From positions 160,001-224,000 of the forward strand of contig CAWJZV010000014.1 in NCBI GenBank assembly GCA_963847445.1: a stretch of DNA of 64,000 nt, in the 5' to 3' direction. Below are positions 53,800 through 64,000 of the stretch, one piece after another. Under the pieces are notes generated by a model. It made no database searches, was not told the DNA's origin, and saw nothing but the letters and a program-made list of their open reading frames with translations. Positions within the stretch are counted from its first letter, which is position 1. The number at the start of each line of letters is the position of its first letter. Made by a program: the position numbers and the translations under genes. Source of the stretch: an uncultured delta proteobacterium (GTDB lineage: Bacteria > Desulfobacterota > Binatia > UBA9968).

Positions 53800-55863
53800 C
53801 TAAGCCTTGCGAAAGACCGGTTTCACCGGTTCGCCCTCAAGTCTATCGAGGACGTTGCCCTGGCGAATCGCCGCGCCGACGATTTCCATCGCCGTCCGGT
53901 ACACGCGCAACGTATGCTCGATGTCGCCGTTTGAATGGCTAAAGCAAATATTTTGTCCTCCGGAGAACAGCACGCCGCGTTTCAAGCACTCTTGTTGGAA
54001 CAAGCTCTTGACCAGCAACGATTCGCGCCCGCTGTCATCGAAAAAACTGATCACCGTGCGCGGCGCCAAGCCGCTCGTGCGCATGAAACGGTCGACGCTG
54101 AACTCTTTGGCCAGCACTTTGAATCCGTCGTTAAGTTGGCGCCCCAACTCCCAGAGATGGGCGATCACTTCTTTCTCGGCGATCTCCTTGAGCGTGGCGT
54201 TGGCCGCCGCTAGAGAAACCGCCTCACCGCCGAAGGTAAACGAAAAAAACACTTCCTCGAAACATTGCATGATCGCGCGCGGCCCGACCACCGCAGACAG
54301 CGGATAGCCGTTCGCCATCGCTTTGCCGAAACATGCGATATCGGGCAAAACGCCGAAATACTCCTGCGCGCCACCGCGTGCCAAACGAAAGCCCGTGACC
54401 ACTTCGTCGAAAATCAAAAGCGCTCCTTGGCGATGACAGAGATCGCGCACCGCCACGAGAAAGCCGTCCATCGGCTCAACGATCCCGATGGGCTCCATGA
54501 TCACCGCCGCGATTTGTCCAGGATGTTCGGCGAAACGGCGCTCTAAACTGTCGATGTCGTTGTATTCGAAGGTCTTGACTAAATCGCGCACGGATGCGGG
54601 TACGCCACGATTAAACGTGGTCGAACCGATGTACCAATCTTGCCAGCCGTGATAGCCACAGCAAACGATCAAGTCCCGCCCGGTAAGAGCGCGCGCCAAA
54701 CGCACCGCGCCGGCGGTGGCATCCGAGCCGTTTTTGCCGAAGCGCACCATTTCGGCGCAAGGAATCATCGCCGTCAACTGTTCGGCGACTTCGATCTCCA
54801 AGGGATGGGGCAACGACAACGCAACGCCGTCATCGATCTGCCGTCTGACCGCTTGATCAACCGCCGGATAACCATGGCCGAGAATAATTGGTCCCAAAGC
54901 CATCGGATAGTCGATGTACTCATTGCCATCAACGTCCCACACATGGCTGCCCTTGGCGCGCGCTAAAAATACCGGCGCGACGCCTTGGACATACTGCGTC
55001 GCACCTTTGCTGAGAGTTTGGGTCGCCGCCGGGATGATGGTCTGAGCTTTCTCGTAAAGCGCCAGCGAGCGCTCAAGCCGACGCGTCTGCGGCGTTACGG
55101 CGGGCTCTTGGGCTATGGAACGATAGTAGCCGCTATTGCGAATTTGCGCGCCATTGATTTTCGCCAGCGCTGGCTCGCCATCGAGCAGGCTAAGAACATC
55201 GCGCCAGCCGAATTCGGTCTTCGACGGCAACCGTGCATAGATCGCCCGGACAAACTCCAAATCGCGCGCTTCATCGACGCTCCAGCGATGCTCATGTAAC
55301 GATCCGCCCAATTCACATTCGACGTTGCGTAAACGAAAGCGTCCCGACGAGCGCAGATAGGTGGTGACATGTTCGCGATCGGTGGAGCGGCGCGCATCGC
55401 GCCAGGCGCTCTCGAGCGCCGCAAAGGAAAACACTTCGACATCGAGTCCGTCTGGATAGGTGCAGACGATCGTGTTGGCGGCATAATCGCAATCATCGGT
55501 TAAGTATGCCGCGATCACCCGGTCGATGACTTGCGGATCGATCAACGGGCAATCCGCGGTGACTCGCACAACCATGGCCGCTCGATGCTCTTTGGCGGCT
55601 TGGTAGTAACGGTCCAACACGTCGCTCTCGCTGCCGCGATAGACGGCGACGCAATTGGCGCGGCACAGCTCGACAATCCGGTCATCCGCCACGGTATTCG
55701 ACGTAGCAACGACGATGGCGTCAATTTTCTGTGCCGCCGCGACACGGGACACGACTCGGGTCAACATCGGCTCGCCGGCGATATCGGCCAGCACCTTGCC
55801 GGGTAAACGCGTCGATCCGACCCGCGCTTGAACGATCGCTAAGATATTATCGTGGGCTTCCAC
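53800..55863 (-). CDS. SpsF-like cytidylyltransferase fused to a class-III (GSA-aminomutase-like) aminotransferase
   Basis: QARVGSTRLPGKVL and VRVTADCPLIDP; then KNGSDAT, YHGWQD, FDEVVTGFR and FGKAMANG. Confidence 0.9.
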   Translation of the reverse strand: MEAHDNILAIVQARVGSTRLPGKVLADIAGEPMLTRVVSRVAAAQKIDAIVVATSNTVADDRIVELCRANCVAVYRGSESDVLDRYYQAAKEHRAAMVVRVTADCPLIDPQVIDRVIAAYLTDDCDYAANTIVCTYPDGLDVEVFSFAALESAWRDARRSTDREHVTTYLRSSGRFRLRNVECELGGSLHEHRWSVDEARDLEFVRAIYARLPSKTEFGWRDVLSLLDGEPALAKINGAQIRNSGYYRSIAQEPAVTPQTRRLERSLALYEKAQTIIPAATQTLSKGATQYVQGVAPVFLARAKGSHVWDVDGNEYIDYPMALGPIILGHGYPAVDQAVRRQIDDGVALSLPHPLEIEVAEQLTAMIPCAEMVRFGKNGSDATAGAVRLARALTGRDLIVCCGYHGWQDWYIGSTTFNRGVPASVRDLVKTFEYNDIDSLERRFAEHPGQIAAVIMEPIGIVEPMDGFLVAVRDLCHRQGALLIFDEVVTGFRLARGGAQEYFGVLPDIACFGKAMANGYPLSAVVGPRAIMQCFEEVFFSFTFGGEAVSLAAANATLKEIAEKEVIAHLWELGRQLNDGFKVLAKEFSVDRFMRTSGLAPRTVISFFDDSGRESLLVKSLFQQECLKRGVLFSGGQNICFSHSNGDIEHTLRVYRTAMEIVGAAIRQGNVLDRLEGEPVKPVFRKA

Positions 55864-57562
55864 CGGCACCCTCCAATCGAATCCACTGTCGCTGCTCTGC
55901 CGATTGTTTAGCGGCCAGCGCGATGCACAACACTTCCGCTGCTTGCGAAACCTCGAGCTCAGGATTGGCATCACCCGCGAGACAGGCGAGAAAATGCTTC
56001 ATTTCATCGATATACATCTGATTGACTTCCCAGCCGGCGGGATTTTCGTATTGGTTCCATTGCCGTGTACGCGCCGAATACCAGCGCACTTGCCCGGCGG
56101 CGAAGTCCCAATGAATTGTGCCCTCGTCGCCGATGATTTGGCAGGTGCGCCGATAGGCGCGCTGGACATAGTCCAAATGGACTTCGCCGAAAGTTCCATT
56201 CGCGAATTGCAAAAGCATCGCCGCGGTGTCCTCGGTATCGATTTCGAGATGGCTCAATTTGCCGGCAAGACAAACCGCGTCGACGACCGGGCCGAAGAGC
56301 CAGCGCATATAGTCGATCTCGTGAATGGCGTCGAGAATGACGCCGCCACCGAGTTCGCGGCGCGCGCTGTAGCTCTGCTGGTAATCCTCCCAGGGATGCC
56401 AGTCCGGCAGATACTGCCCGACCTCGACGCGTGCCGCGATCACCCGGCCGACGGCGTCATCCGCCAGCAAACGCTTTAACTCGCGCAGCCCTGGATGAAA
56501 TCTCATATTGCAGCCAACCAAGGTCACGAGCCGCTGCTGTGAAACTTTACCCAGCAGCTCTTCGACCCCTTGCCAGCTATGCGACAACGGTTTTTCGATA
56601 AACAGATGACAGCCTTGCTCGGCGCCTTTGAGCGCCAGCTCCAAATGCAACGACGTTGGCGCGGTAATCAGACAAACATCCGGGCGCTGCTCCCATGCCG
56701 CCTCCAGAGACGCGACGGTTTCGATGCCGTAACCACCCGCCACTTTGGCCAAGCGTGCGCTCTGGGTATCGAAGCCGATGATGTCATTGACACCGAGTCG
56801 ACGGAGATTCTCGATATGACGCTTGCCGATGGAGCCGCAGCCAATCACCAAGAAGCGCCACTTCGTAGGCTCGCGACTTTTACCCATGAAGGCCGTTTTC
56901 TCCGGTGTGCCTGTAATGGTTGCGAGTTCCTTGCGCAGTAACGTTGCGCCGATCCGGTCATGCTCGACCGCACGCGGATCGAGAGCCTTGGTCGAATGAT
57001 CGGCGCTCAGCATGGCGACCGGATGATACAGGCCGGCGCTCCGAAAAAGCGCCGGGTAATCCTGCTTGTACGTGTAAACCTCGCTATCGGTTAAATGGTG
57101 ATAGCGGGCGCGGATAAAATTGGCCGGTTGAAAATCACCGATAATGAGGAAGCCGCCGTCCTTGACCAAGCGATCAATTTCGCCAACCGACCGGAGCAGT
57201 GAAACCCGGTCGATCCAATGCAAGACGAAATTGACAATGACCAGATCAAAGGACTCCTTGACCGGCACCGCACCGGCGCTGCCGCGAATAAACGTCAATG
57301 CCGGAAAACTCGCTTTGCCGTCGCAGATGGCATCGGCCGAGGGCTCAAGCGCGACGCAGCGAGCGCCGCTCCATCGTTCGATCGCCGCCAAGCGAAACCC
57401 GTTGGCCGCGCCGATCTCAATTACGGATTGCGGCCGGAGGTTGTAAAGCTCTAGCAGGCGCAGCGGCAAGTCCGCGCTGGCATCGAAGGCACCTAGAGCG
57501 GCGCGATTGCGCGCGAACCAGCGGTCGCCTTCGGTTTGGCGAAAAATGTCATCCTGTAACAC
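55847..57562 (-). CDS. SAM methyltransferase (Pse-associated type) fused to Gfo/Idh/MocA oxidoreductase
   Basis: EGDRWFARN and IEIGAANG; then IGCGSIG, FIEKP and GGGVILDAIHEID. Confidence 0.8.
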   Translation of the reverse strand: MLQDDIFRQTEGDRWFARNRAALGAFDASADLPLRLLELYNLRPQSVIEIGAANGFRLAAIERWSGARCVALEPSADAICDGKASFPALTFIRGSAGAVPVKESFDLVIVNFVLHWIDRVSLLRSVGEIDRLVKDGGFLIIGDFQPANFIRARYHHLTDSEVYTYKQDYPALFRSAGLYHPVAMLSADHSTKALDPRAVEHDRIGATLLRKELATITGTPEKTAFMGKSREPTKWRFLVIGCGSIGKRHIENLRRLGVNDIIGFDTQSARLAKVAGGYGIETVASLEAAWEQRPDVCLITAPTSLHLELALKGAEQGCHLFIEKPLSHSWQGVEELLGKVSQQRLVTLVGCNMRFHPGLRELKRLLADDAVGRVIAARVEVGQYLPDWHPWEDYQQSYSARRELGGGVILDAIHEIDYMRWLFGPVVDAVCLAGKLSHLEIDTEDTAAMLLQFANGTFGEVHLDYVQRAYRRTCQIIGDEGTIHWDFAAGQVRWYSARTRQWNQYENPAGWEVNQMYIDEMKHFLACLAGDANPELEVSQAAEVLCIALAAKQSAEQRQWIRLEGAGGSPR

Positions 57563-58654
57563 GGCTCTCGCTCCTTAATTCATCGGCGCTTAGCGATCCG
57601 GCGAGCGCGCCGACCATATCCCAAGCGAGCGGCGTGCCCCGCGCTAAATCACGGCTTGCGGTTTGACCGATGACGTTGGGTAAATGTCTTGTGTGCAAGC
57701 CATGACCGGGGCGGATCGAGCGCACGTTCTCATCGCTAAATCGCTCCCCGCCTTGATGTCTTTGACGACGAACAACGAGCGGCGAAACGTCCGGCTTTTC
57801 GCTTCAGCGGCGCTCAAGCCGTAGTGAATCCGCCCAAGCGCTTTTTCGGTGATCCGGATGGCGTCGACCATGTCTTTGAATTCCCGTGGTTCGAGCGAAA
57901 ACTCGCTGTCCGGTCCGTGATGTGCGCGCGAGAGCGTGAAATGTTTTTCGATGATGCAGGCGCCGAGACTCACCGCCGCCACCGCCACCGTCGTACCAAG
58001 CGTATGGTCGGATAAACCCACCGGCACGCCGAAGGCGTCGGCGAGATGGGCGATGGTGCGCAGATTCATATCTTCGGGCGGCGCCGGATAGGCACTGGTG
58101 CATTTCAACAGCGCCACTTGGCGCGCGCCGGCGGCGCGCAGTGTTTGTACCAGTTCGTCGATTTCCGCCAGACTCGCCATGCCGGTGGACGCGATCACCG
58201 GCTTGCCGGTTTTCGCAACCTGTTGGAGTAAAGCGATATCGCCGTTTTCGAAGGACGCGATTTTATGCGCCGGCACCCGCATGGCCTCGAGAAACTCGAC
58301 GGCGCTCAAGTCGAAGGGGGTGGAAAACAGCGCGATGCCGATGTCGTCGGCTGCGCGCTTAAGCTTGGGCTGCCATTCCCACGGCGTGAACGCTTCCTGA
58401 TATAACTCGTAGAGCTTTTTGCCGTGCCAAAGAGTCCCGTGAATTTGAAACCATTCGTTGTCACAATCGAGTGTCAGCGTATCCGCCGTATAGGTTTGCA
58501 GTTTCACCGCGTCGGCGCCGCAAGCTTTGGCGGCATGGACGAGTTCCAGTGCTTGGGCGTAGTCCTGCCCATGGTTCGCCGACAGTTCGGCGATCACATA
58601 GACAGGCGATCCCGGCCCAATGCGCCGGCCGGCGATTTCAATGTAGGCTGGCAT
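57549..58654 (-). CDS. pseI: Pseudaminic acid synthase (frameshifts in the SAF domain)
   Basis: IAELSANH, VKLQTYTADT, KIASFE, LKCTSAYPA, GLSDHT and IEKHFTL. Confidence 0.92.
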
Positions 58655-60230
58655 GACTCTCGCGCGCGGAACTCGCATCGCAATTACGGCGGAATATCAT
58701 GCATAGCCGGCCATCGGGGCGGCGCGCTTCGGCCGCGACAAATCCCGCCTTAAGAAATACCCGGCGCGACGCTTCATTGTCCTGGAGCGCCACAGCTTGA
58801 ATGCTATCCGCCGCGAGTTCACCAGCGGCGAGCGGCGCCGTCGCTTCGAGCAGACGAGTGCCAAGTTGCCGGCCACGAAAACCCGGTGCGACACTGAAGC
58901 TGATCTCCGCGGCAACGCCAATATCCGAAACCACGCGGTCATAGCGGATCTGCGCCACCGGCAAGTCGCCGATCTGCATGATCCACCAGCCGGCAGTCGG
59001 GCGCGGCAAATTTCTTGGCGCACCAGGCTTGGTGATCGTCCCAGCTAATTGCAGCGCGAGAAAAGGAGTTGCGTCGAGTAAGCGGATCGTTGGCCCACTG
59101 CCACAGCAACAACGCGTCGCCAACGCCGGCGCGCCGAATCGTGAACTCGCTCTGGCGGTTAAAGCTTTGTCGTTCGCGCATCGCCGCCAGCACCCTTGCC
59201 GGACCGCCGCCGTCAACTAAATTTTTGCCGCGCTCGGCCATCAGCCGGCGGCGCGCAGGGTCGTCGATCAACTCGCGCAGGGCTGCCGCTATGTCGTGAA
59301 GGCCTAGTTTTTCGGCGCGCCCGAGCGATTGGCCGGCAGCGAACTCAGTGACACCGGCGGCGACACCGGTCTGATTTTCCGCGGCCACCAACAACAGCGC
59401 CGGGGTTTGCATGAAGGCCAACTCCCAAGCCGTGGTGCCCGCTGCGGCGATGGCGATATCCGCCCAAGCCATTAGCGGCGACGGATCGCTAACATCAGTG
59501 TGTATTCGCATGTTCGGTGTCGCGGCGGCGTGACGGCGTAGGGCGTCGATATGGGGATTGAGCGGTCCGGCGAGGACTTGCACGTCGACGGCGCGATCTT
59601 TTAACATCGCCAAGGCGTCCATCACTTTCGCCGTTAGATTGCCACCATCCGCACCGCCCATAGTCAGCAAAATATTTCTCGCGGTTTGCCGGAATGGGAC
59701 GCTGGAAATCGCACCAGCGGTCGAACTCCGCGCGTAATAGCGCGTAACGAGTACCGAGGAGCAGCCAGGCGTCGGCGCTGATTTGATAGTCCAGGCGCGG
59801 CGCGAGAGCGCCATGATTGAGCACAATGTCGGCGTCGTAGCGCGCCAGATGGGCGGTGTCGTCAATTACTAAAAGCCGGCAACCGCTGCGCCGGATGGCC
59901 GTCTTGATAGGTCGACGTAAAATGGTAGCCATCCAAAATTACCCAAGGCAGCGCAGCGCCGTTGGAGCCAAGGCGAGCGATGGTTGCCAGGGTCGCCTCG
60001 AGGTCGGCGTCCATGGGACAGGGATGGACGATCTCGCTCACAGTGGCGCCGGCAAGTTCCATGCGCCGCCGTAGTGCCGGCGGCGGCTGGGACGTGAGAA
60101 AGTCCACCGCGCCGCCTTGCCCATGCCAGGCATGGGCTAAGGCCAAACTACGCAGCACATGGCCGATGCCGCGCGCGCCATCGGCGTCAGCGCGCACCAG
60201 CAGCGGCGGCAGCTTGGGTTTCATGACCAT
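58638..60230 (-). CDS. pseG: PseG UDP-sugar hydrolase fused to a GNAT acetyltransferase (PseH-like), frameshifted
   Basis: RAD...GIGHVLRSLALA, ILDGY, TMGGAD, AAGTTAWE and AENQ; then WANDPLTRRNSF and RGRQLG. Confidence 0.85.
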
Positions 60231-61428
60231 AGTGGCTCACAACCTTCCAACAGGCGACGATCGCGTCGTCGACATCGGCGTCGCTCATCGCGGGAAAAAT
60301 CGGCAGCGAAAGAATCTTTTCGTAGGCCGCTTCGGCATTGGGGCAGAGGCCGGCGCGGGTGGCGAAACGCTCGCGGTAATAGGGATGAAGATGCACCGGC
60401 AAATAATGCACGTTGACGCCGATGCCTTCGGCGCGCAGGGCGGCGAAAATTTGCCCCCGGTCCGCAGTCAGGTAGTTGCCGTCCAGTTGCACGACATAGA
60501 GATGATAACCATGTTCCCGGTCGGCGCTCACCGTGAGCGGCCGGAGCGCCGGGCATTCCTTGAAGGCCGCATCGTAACGCCGGGCGATTTCACGGCGGCG
60601 CGCCACCCAGTGGGGCAGCTTAGCCAATTGACTCAAGCCGAGGGCGCACTGAATATCGCTCAGGCGGTAGTTGTAGCCCAACTCGACCATATCGTAGAGC
60701 CAAGAACCCAGTTGTTCGCGTTGAAAATGGTCCGCGGTGATGCCGTGATTGCGAAACCGGCGCATGGCGTGGGCAGTCTCGAAGCCGGCGCAGCTAATCA
60801 TGCCGCCCTCGCCAGTGGTCATGGCTTTCACCGGATGCAGACTGAAAATATTAAGATCGGCAAGCGTGCCCACCGGCCGGCCCTTGTAAGCGCCGCCGAG
60901 CGAATGGCAGGCATCGGCGACCAGCGCCAAACGATGGCGTTGCGCCAGCGCGCGCAGAGCATCGTAGTCGCAAGGCTGGCCGGCGTAATCGACGGCGACG
61001 ATGGCTCGCGTGTTCGCGGTTATCTTCGCTTCGACAGCCAGGGGATCGATCAATAATGATTCACCATGAACATCGGCAAACACCGGGGTCGCGCCCTGAT
61101 AGACGACGCAGTTAGCGCTGGCGGCAAAGGTCATCGCCGGCACGATCACTTCATCGCCGGGGCCAATGCCGAGCGCGGCCATGGCGCAATGGAGCGCCGC
61201 CGTGCCGCTGCTCACCGCCACCGCTTCGCCCGCCCGCACCGACGCGGCGAAGGCGCGTTCGAATTCGCGCACTCGCGGTCCGGTGGTCAACCAGTCCGAA
61301 CGCAAGGCGTCGGCGACCGCGGCAATATCGCTCTCATCGATGCTTTGGTGGCCGTAGGGCAACACCTTGCCGCGCACCGGCGTGCCGCCGTCAATCGCTA
61401 GAGGGGAACGCGCCATTCGATTAGCCAT
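60187..61428 (-). CDS. pseC: UDP-4-keto-6-deoxy-HexNAc aminotransferase
   Basis: LPYGHQ, SDWLTTGP, FSLHPVKAMTTGEGG and GYNYRLSD. Confidence 0.9.
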   Translation of the reverse strand: MANRMARSPLAIDGGTPVRGKVLPYGHQSIDESDIAAVADALRSDWLTTGPRVREFERAFAASVRAGEAVAVSSGTAALHCAMAALGIGPGDEVIVPAMTFAASANCVVYQGATPVFADVHGESLLIDPLAVEAKITANTRAIVAVDYAGQPCDYDALRALAQRHRLALVADACHSLGGAYKGRPVGTLADLNIFSLHPVKAMTTGEGGMISCAGFETAHAMRRFRNHGITADHFQREQLGSWLYDMVELGYNYRLSDIQCALGLSQLAKLPHWVARRREIARRYDAAFKECPALRPLTVSADREHGYHLYVVQLDGNYLTADRGQIFAALRAEGIGVNVHYLPVHLHPYYRERFATRAGLCPNAEAAYEKILSLPIFPAMSDADVDDAIVACWKVVSHYGHETQAAAAAGAR

Positions 61429-62416
61429 GAATATTCACCAGGCGTTGCAGTTCGTCGACACTGAGCCAACTAGGATTATTATCACTGCTATAGTGAAACC
61501 CGGGAGGACAGGGCTTGCCGCCATTAACATTACCTTTGCCGTTGGCCGCGGGCGCGCGAATGACGAAACAGTCGTCGTATTCCATAGCGTTGCGGGCATC
61601 GTCTTCCGGCACCATGGTTTCGTGCAGTTTTTCGCCAGGCCTCACGCCGACGACATCGAGGCGACATTCGGGAGCGATGGCGCGTGCCAGATCGCCAATA
61701 TTCATGCTGGGAATTTTCGGCACGAAGATTTCGCCGCCCTGCATCCGGTCGAGGCAGGCCAAAACGAATTGCACCGCCTGCTCCAAGGTAATCCAGAAAC
61801 GGGTCATCTTCGGATCGGTCACCGGCAACACGCCGGTGGAGCGCCGCTGTTGAAAGAACGGGATGACGCTGCCGCGGCTACCCATGACGTTGCCATAGCG
61901 CACCACGCTAAACCGGGTGCCATGGTGGCCGGAATAGCCGTTGGAAGCGATGAATAATTTATCCGAGCACAGCTTGGTCGCACCGTAAAGATTGATCGGG
62001 TTGGCCGCTTTGTCGGTGCTGAGCGCGATCACGCGCTGTACATTACGGTCGATGGCTGCGTCGATGATATTGGCGCCGCCCAAGACGTTGGTCTTGATCA
62101 CTTCGATGGGATTGTATTCGGCGCTCGGCACTTGCTTGAGCGCCGCCGCGTGAATCACGATATCTACGCCGTCCATGGCGCGGTACAAGCGCTCGCGGTC
62201 GCGCACGTCGCCAAGGAAATAGCGCATGCAGGGAAACTGCTGTTCGTTGAAATGCTCGCGCATGTCAAATTGCTTCAATTCGTCGCGGCTAAAAATAATC
62301 AGCTTTTTCGGTGTCTGGTCGCGTAAAACCGTCTCGACAAATTGCTTGCCGAAGGAGCCGGTGCCACCGGTGACCATCACGACTTTGTTTTTCAGACCGC
62401 CCGTCTTGGGATTCAT
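61421..62416 (-). CDS. pseB: UDP-GlcNAc 4,6-dehydratase (inverting)
   Basis: TGGTGSFG, SRDELKQ, AALKQVP, STDKAANPINLYGATK and RYGNVMGSRGS. Confidence 0.95.
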   Translation of the reverse strand: MNPKTGGLKNKVVMVTGGTGSFGKQFVETVLRDQTPKKLIIFSRDELKQFDMREHFNEQQFPCMRYFLGDVRDRERLYRAMDGVDIVIHAAALKQVPSAEYNPIEVIKTNVLGGANIIDAAIDRNVQRVIALSTDKAANPINLYGATKLCSDKLFIASNGYSGHHGTRFSVVRYGNVMGSRGSVIPFFQQRRSTGVLPVTDPKMTRFWITLEQAVQFVLACLDRMQGGEIFVPKIPSMNIGDLARAIAPECRLDVVGVRPGEKLHETMVPEDDARNAMEYDDCFVIRAPAANGKGNVNGGKPCPPGFHYSSDNNPSWLSVDELQRLVNIHG

Positions 62417-62559
62417 AATATTTCACCCTCGCTGGAATAGGTGTTCAGCTGCACGGCGCGGCAGCTCTGGCGCGGCAACCGTCGGTGATCTGACTGTGTG
62501 ACAGGAATTTGACGCCGGTATGCCGCCATGCAAGCCTTTTTTGCTTTCTTGGTTGTTAC

Positions 62560-62576
62560 TGCAATCCCCAAGCCAG
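62560..62576 (-). promoter_or_regulatory. sigma54 promoter for the pse operon
   Basis: CTGGCTTGGGGATTGCA on the minus strand (GG-N10-GC). Confidence 0.55.
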
Positions 62577-62629
62577 TGACGGCGTTGCCGCGGTCGGTAA
62601 GACTAGTCCGCGGTATTGAAAGGCAACCG

Positions 62630-63130
62630 AATGGTCCGCGCCGCTCGCCCAATTTACTGCCGATCGTAACCTCGCCGCCTAACAGCGCCAGTAAGCGACG
62701 AACCAAATAGAGCCCGATACCCATGCAGTCATAGCGCCGGCCGTCGTTCTCTTCGAACTAGCGAAAACCTTCAAAGATAATTTTTTGCTGCTCGACATCG
62801 ATGCCGATGCCAGTGTCGGCGATGGCCACTTCCAAGTGCTTTTGGTCCAGCCGCGCGGATAGGACGATCTTTCCCTCATCGGTAAATTTTGCCGCATTGT
62901 CGAGCAGATGCTCAGCACCTACACCAGTCGGTCCGGAGCGGTGACGACCTTGCCCTGGCAAACGTAATCCCTGACAAACTCGATCGGCTTTTTACCGATC
63001 ACGCGCGGCGCTTGAGCGGCAACTTCACCAAGACGATGCGCTCGTCCCGCGCCAGCTGCAAAATCTTGCCGGCGACAGGGGAAATCGGCAGTTCGCTGAC
63101 CCGCTCAAGAACTCTTTCATCTCGTTGCAT
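62630..63130 (-). pseudogene. Remnant HDOD-like + histidine-kinase ATPase gene
   Basis: VSELPISPVAGKILQL start, then HLLDNAAKFT, DTGIGI and GIGLYLV boxes; in-frame TAG at 62919-62921 and 62758-62760; middle of the gene missing. Confidence 0.75.
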
Positions 63131-63443
63131 AGCAGTCGCTAGAGCGGATCGGCATTCACTCGTTTCCCTTAAACATCCATTGGGGACGACAAACTGACAA
63201 AGGAACAAGGCGCTGGCATGGCCAGCGTGCGACAGCGGCCAACCCCTGGCTTTCCAACGTGACTGCCACGAGGCTTCGAGCATCGCCGCCGATTAGCGAA
63301 TGCGGGGAGAGGTCCGACGGCGTGCGTTAACGAACGATCACTCGCCCTGCCTGGGCTGTTTGTGACACACCGCGGTCCTGGCCAACAGCTCTACGCAAAC
63401 GCTGGTCTCGGTGAAAGCGTCAGAAAACGGCAGGCAGCGGTGA

Positions 63444-63983
63444 TTATTTGACGATCAAGGGAAAGCGCAGCGGATACTCTTCGACGACCAACTGAACGCC
63501 GAGCCCGCTGTCGATGCCGATCGCCAGCGGCCCTTGCAAATTCACCGTGATATCTTCGATGCGCTCGCGCACCGTAACGATCAGAAGCGGCAGTACTTGC
63601 TGCTCACTACGGACGCCGAGACCACCGAGCAACTCGGCCGATAATGGCAGACAATAATCTAGCGATACCCAATCGGGATGGATCACCAGGAACGACAGTT
63701 CTCGGTCCCTGGAGTGCAAAACAAAAAACGGCGAAGAGGCACCGTCGCCGGCTTCGAAGTGGGAAAGTTCAAAGCGCTGGCAATCGGGAAAGCCCAATAG
63801 CCCAGCCGGAAAGTTCACTTCACGGCCCAGCAAGCCGCTCACGAGCGCTGCTGCAGCGCTCGGTTCAGCTGCTGGTGCGCTCACCGGCTTTGTCACGCAA
63901 CTGTTTGACAACATCCCCAAACCTCCTGGTGCGATCCGCCGCGTTGGCGGCGGCGTGATTTTCGTCTTTGATCGCCTGAACAA
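63444..63983 (-). CDS. fliW: Flagellar assembly factor FliW (start uncertain)
   Basis: FPAGLLGF, PFFVLHS, FLVIHP and TVNLQGPL. Confidence 0.9.
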   Translation of the reverse strand: MFRRSKTKITPPPTRRIAPGGLGMLSNSCVTKPVSAPAAEPSAAAALVSGLLGREVNFPAGLLGFPDCQRFELSHFEAGDGASSPFFVLHSRDRELSFLVIHPDWVSLDYCLPLSAELLGGLGVRSEQQVLPLLIVTVRERIEDITVNLQGPLAIGIDSGLGVQLVVEEYPLRFPLIVK

Positions 63984-64000
63984 TTTCTTGCCGCAGCACG

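Noticed and set aside
13658-60230. Dozens of frameshifts (selA, selB, glgA, glgC, malQ, fliS, flaG, pseG, Rieske and others) as programmed frameshifting or mass pseudogenisation
   Set aside because: They are scattered single-base indels in otherwise well-conserved genes, with no consistent slippery sites; long-read consensus error is the simplest explanation.
62580-62640. Riboswitch (e.g. c-di-GMP) upstream of pseB
   Set aside because: Only a CCGCGG..CCGCGG stem is present; the conserved aptamer motifs are missing and it lies upstream of the predicted promoter.

Overview
GC-rich bacterial chromosome segment. Gene content and intergenic repeat style suggest Candidatus Binatia / a Deltaproteobacteria-like lineage (inference). 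Many genes are split by single-base indels, most likely long-read assembly errors. Left to right: amidohydrolase, Cys-less maleate-isomerase-like gene and methyltransferase; otsAB fusion; a sigma54-type small-protein/MlaC operon; uvrD-like helicase, membrane spermidine-synthase fusion, metalloprotease and trmJ; hydrolase, LVIVD protein, GST, Kef-type antiporter, fpg-like gene and a stand-alone carboxyltransferase; cupin, MFS and azlCD; a duplicated Rieske-oxygenase + ABC binding-protein cluster; a decayed foreign nuclease-like gene; selA-selB-selD, with SelD itself a UGA/SECIS selenoprotein; a glycogen operon with an internally deleted glgB; and a flagellar locus (motAB, fliT/S/D, flaG, fliC, fliW) enclosing a pseudaminic-acid-type glycosylation island with unusual fusions and no Maf. 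Many intergenic gaps carry hairpins built from inverted arrays of 7-9-nt tandem repeats. No CRISPR array, rRNA or tRNA was recognised.
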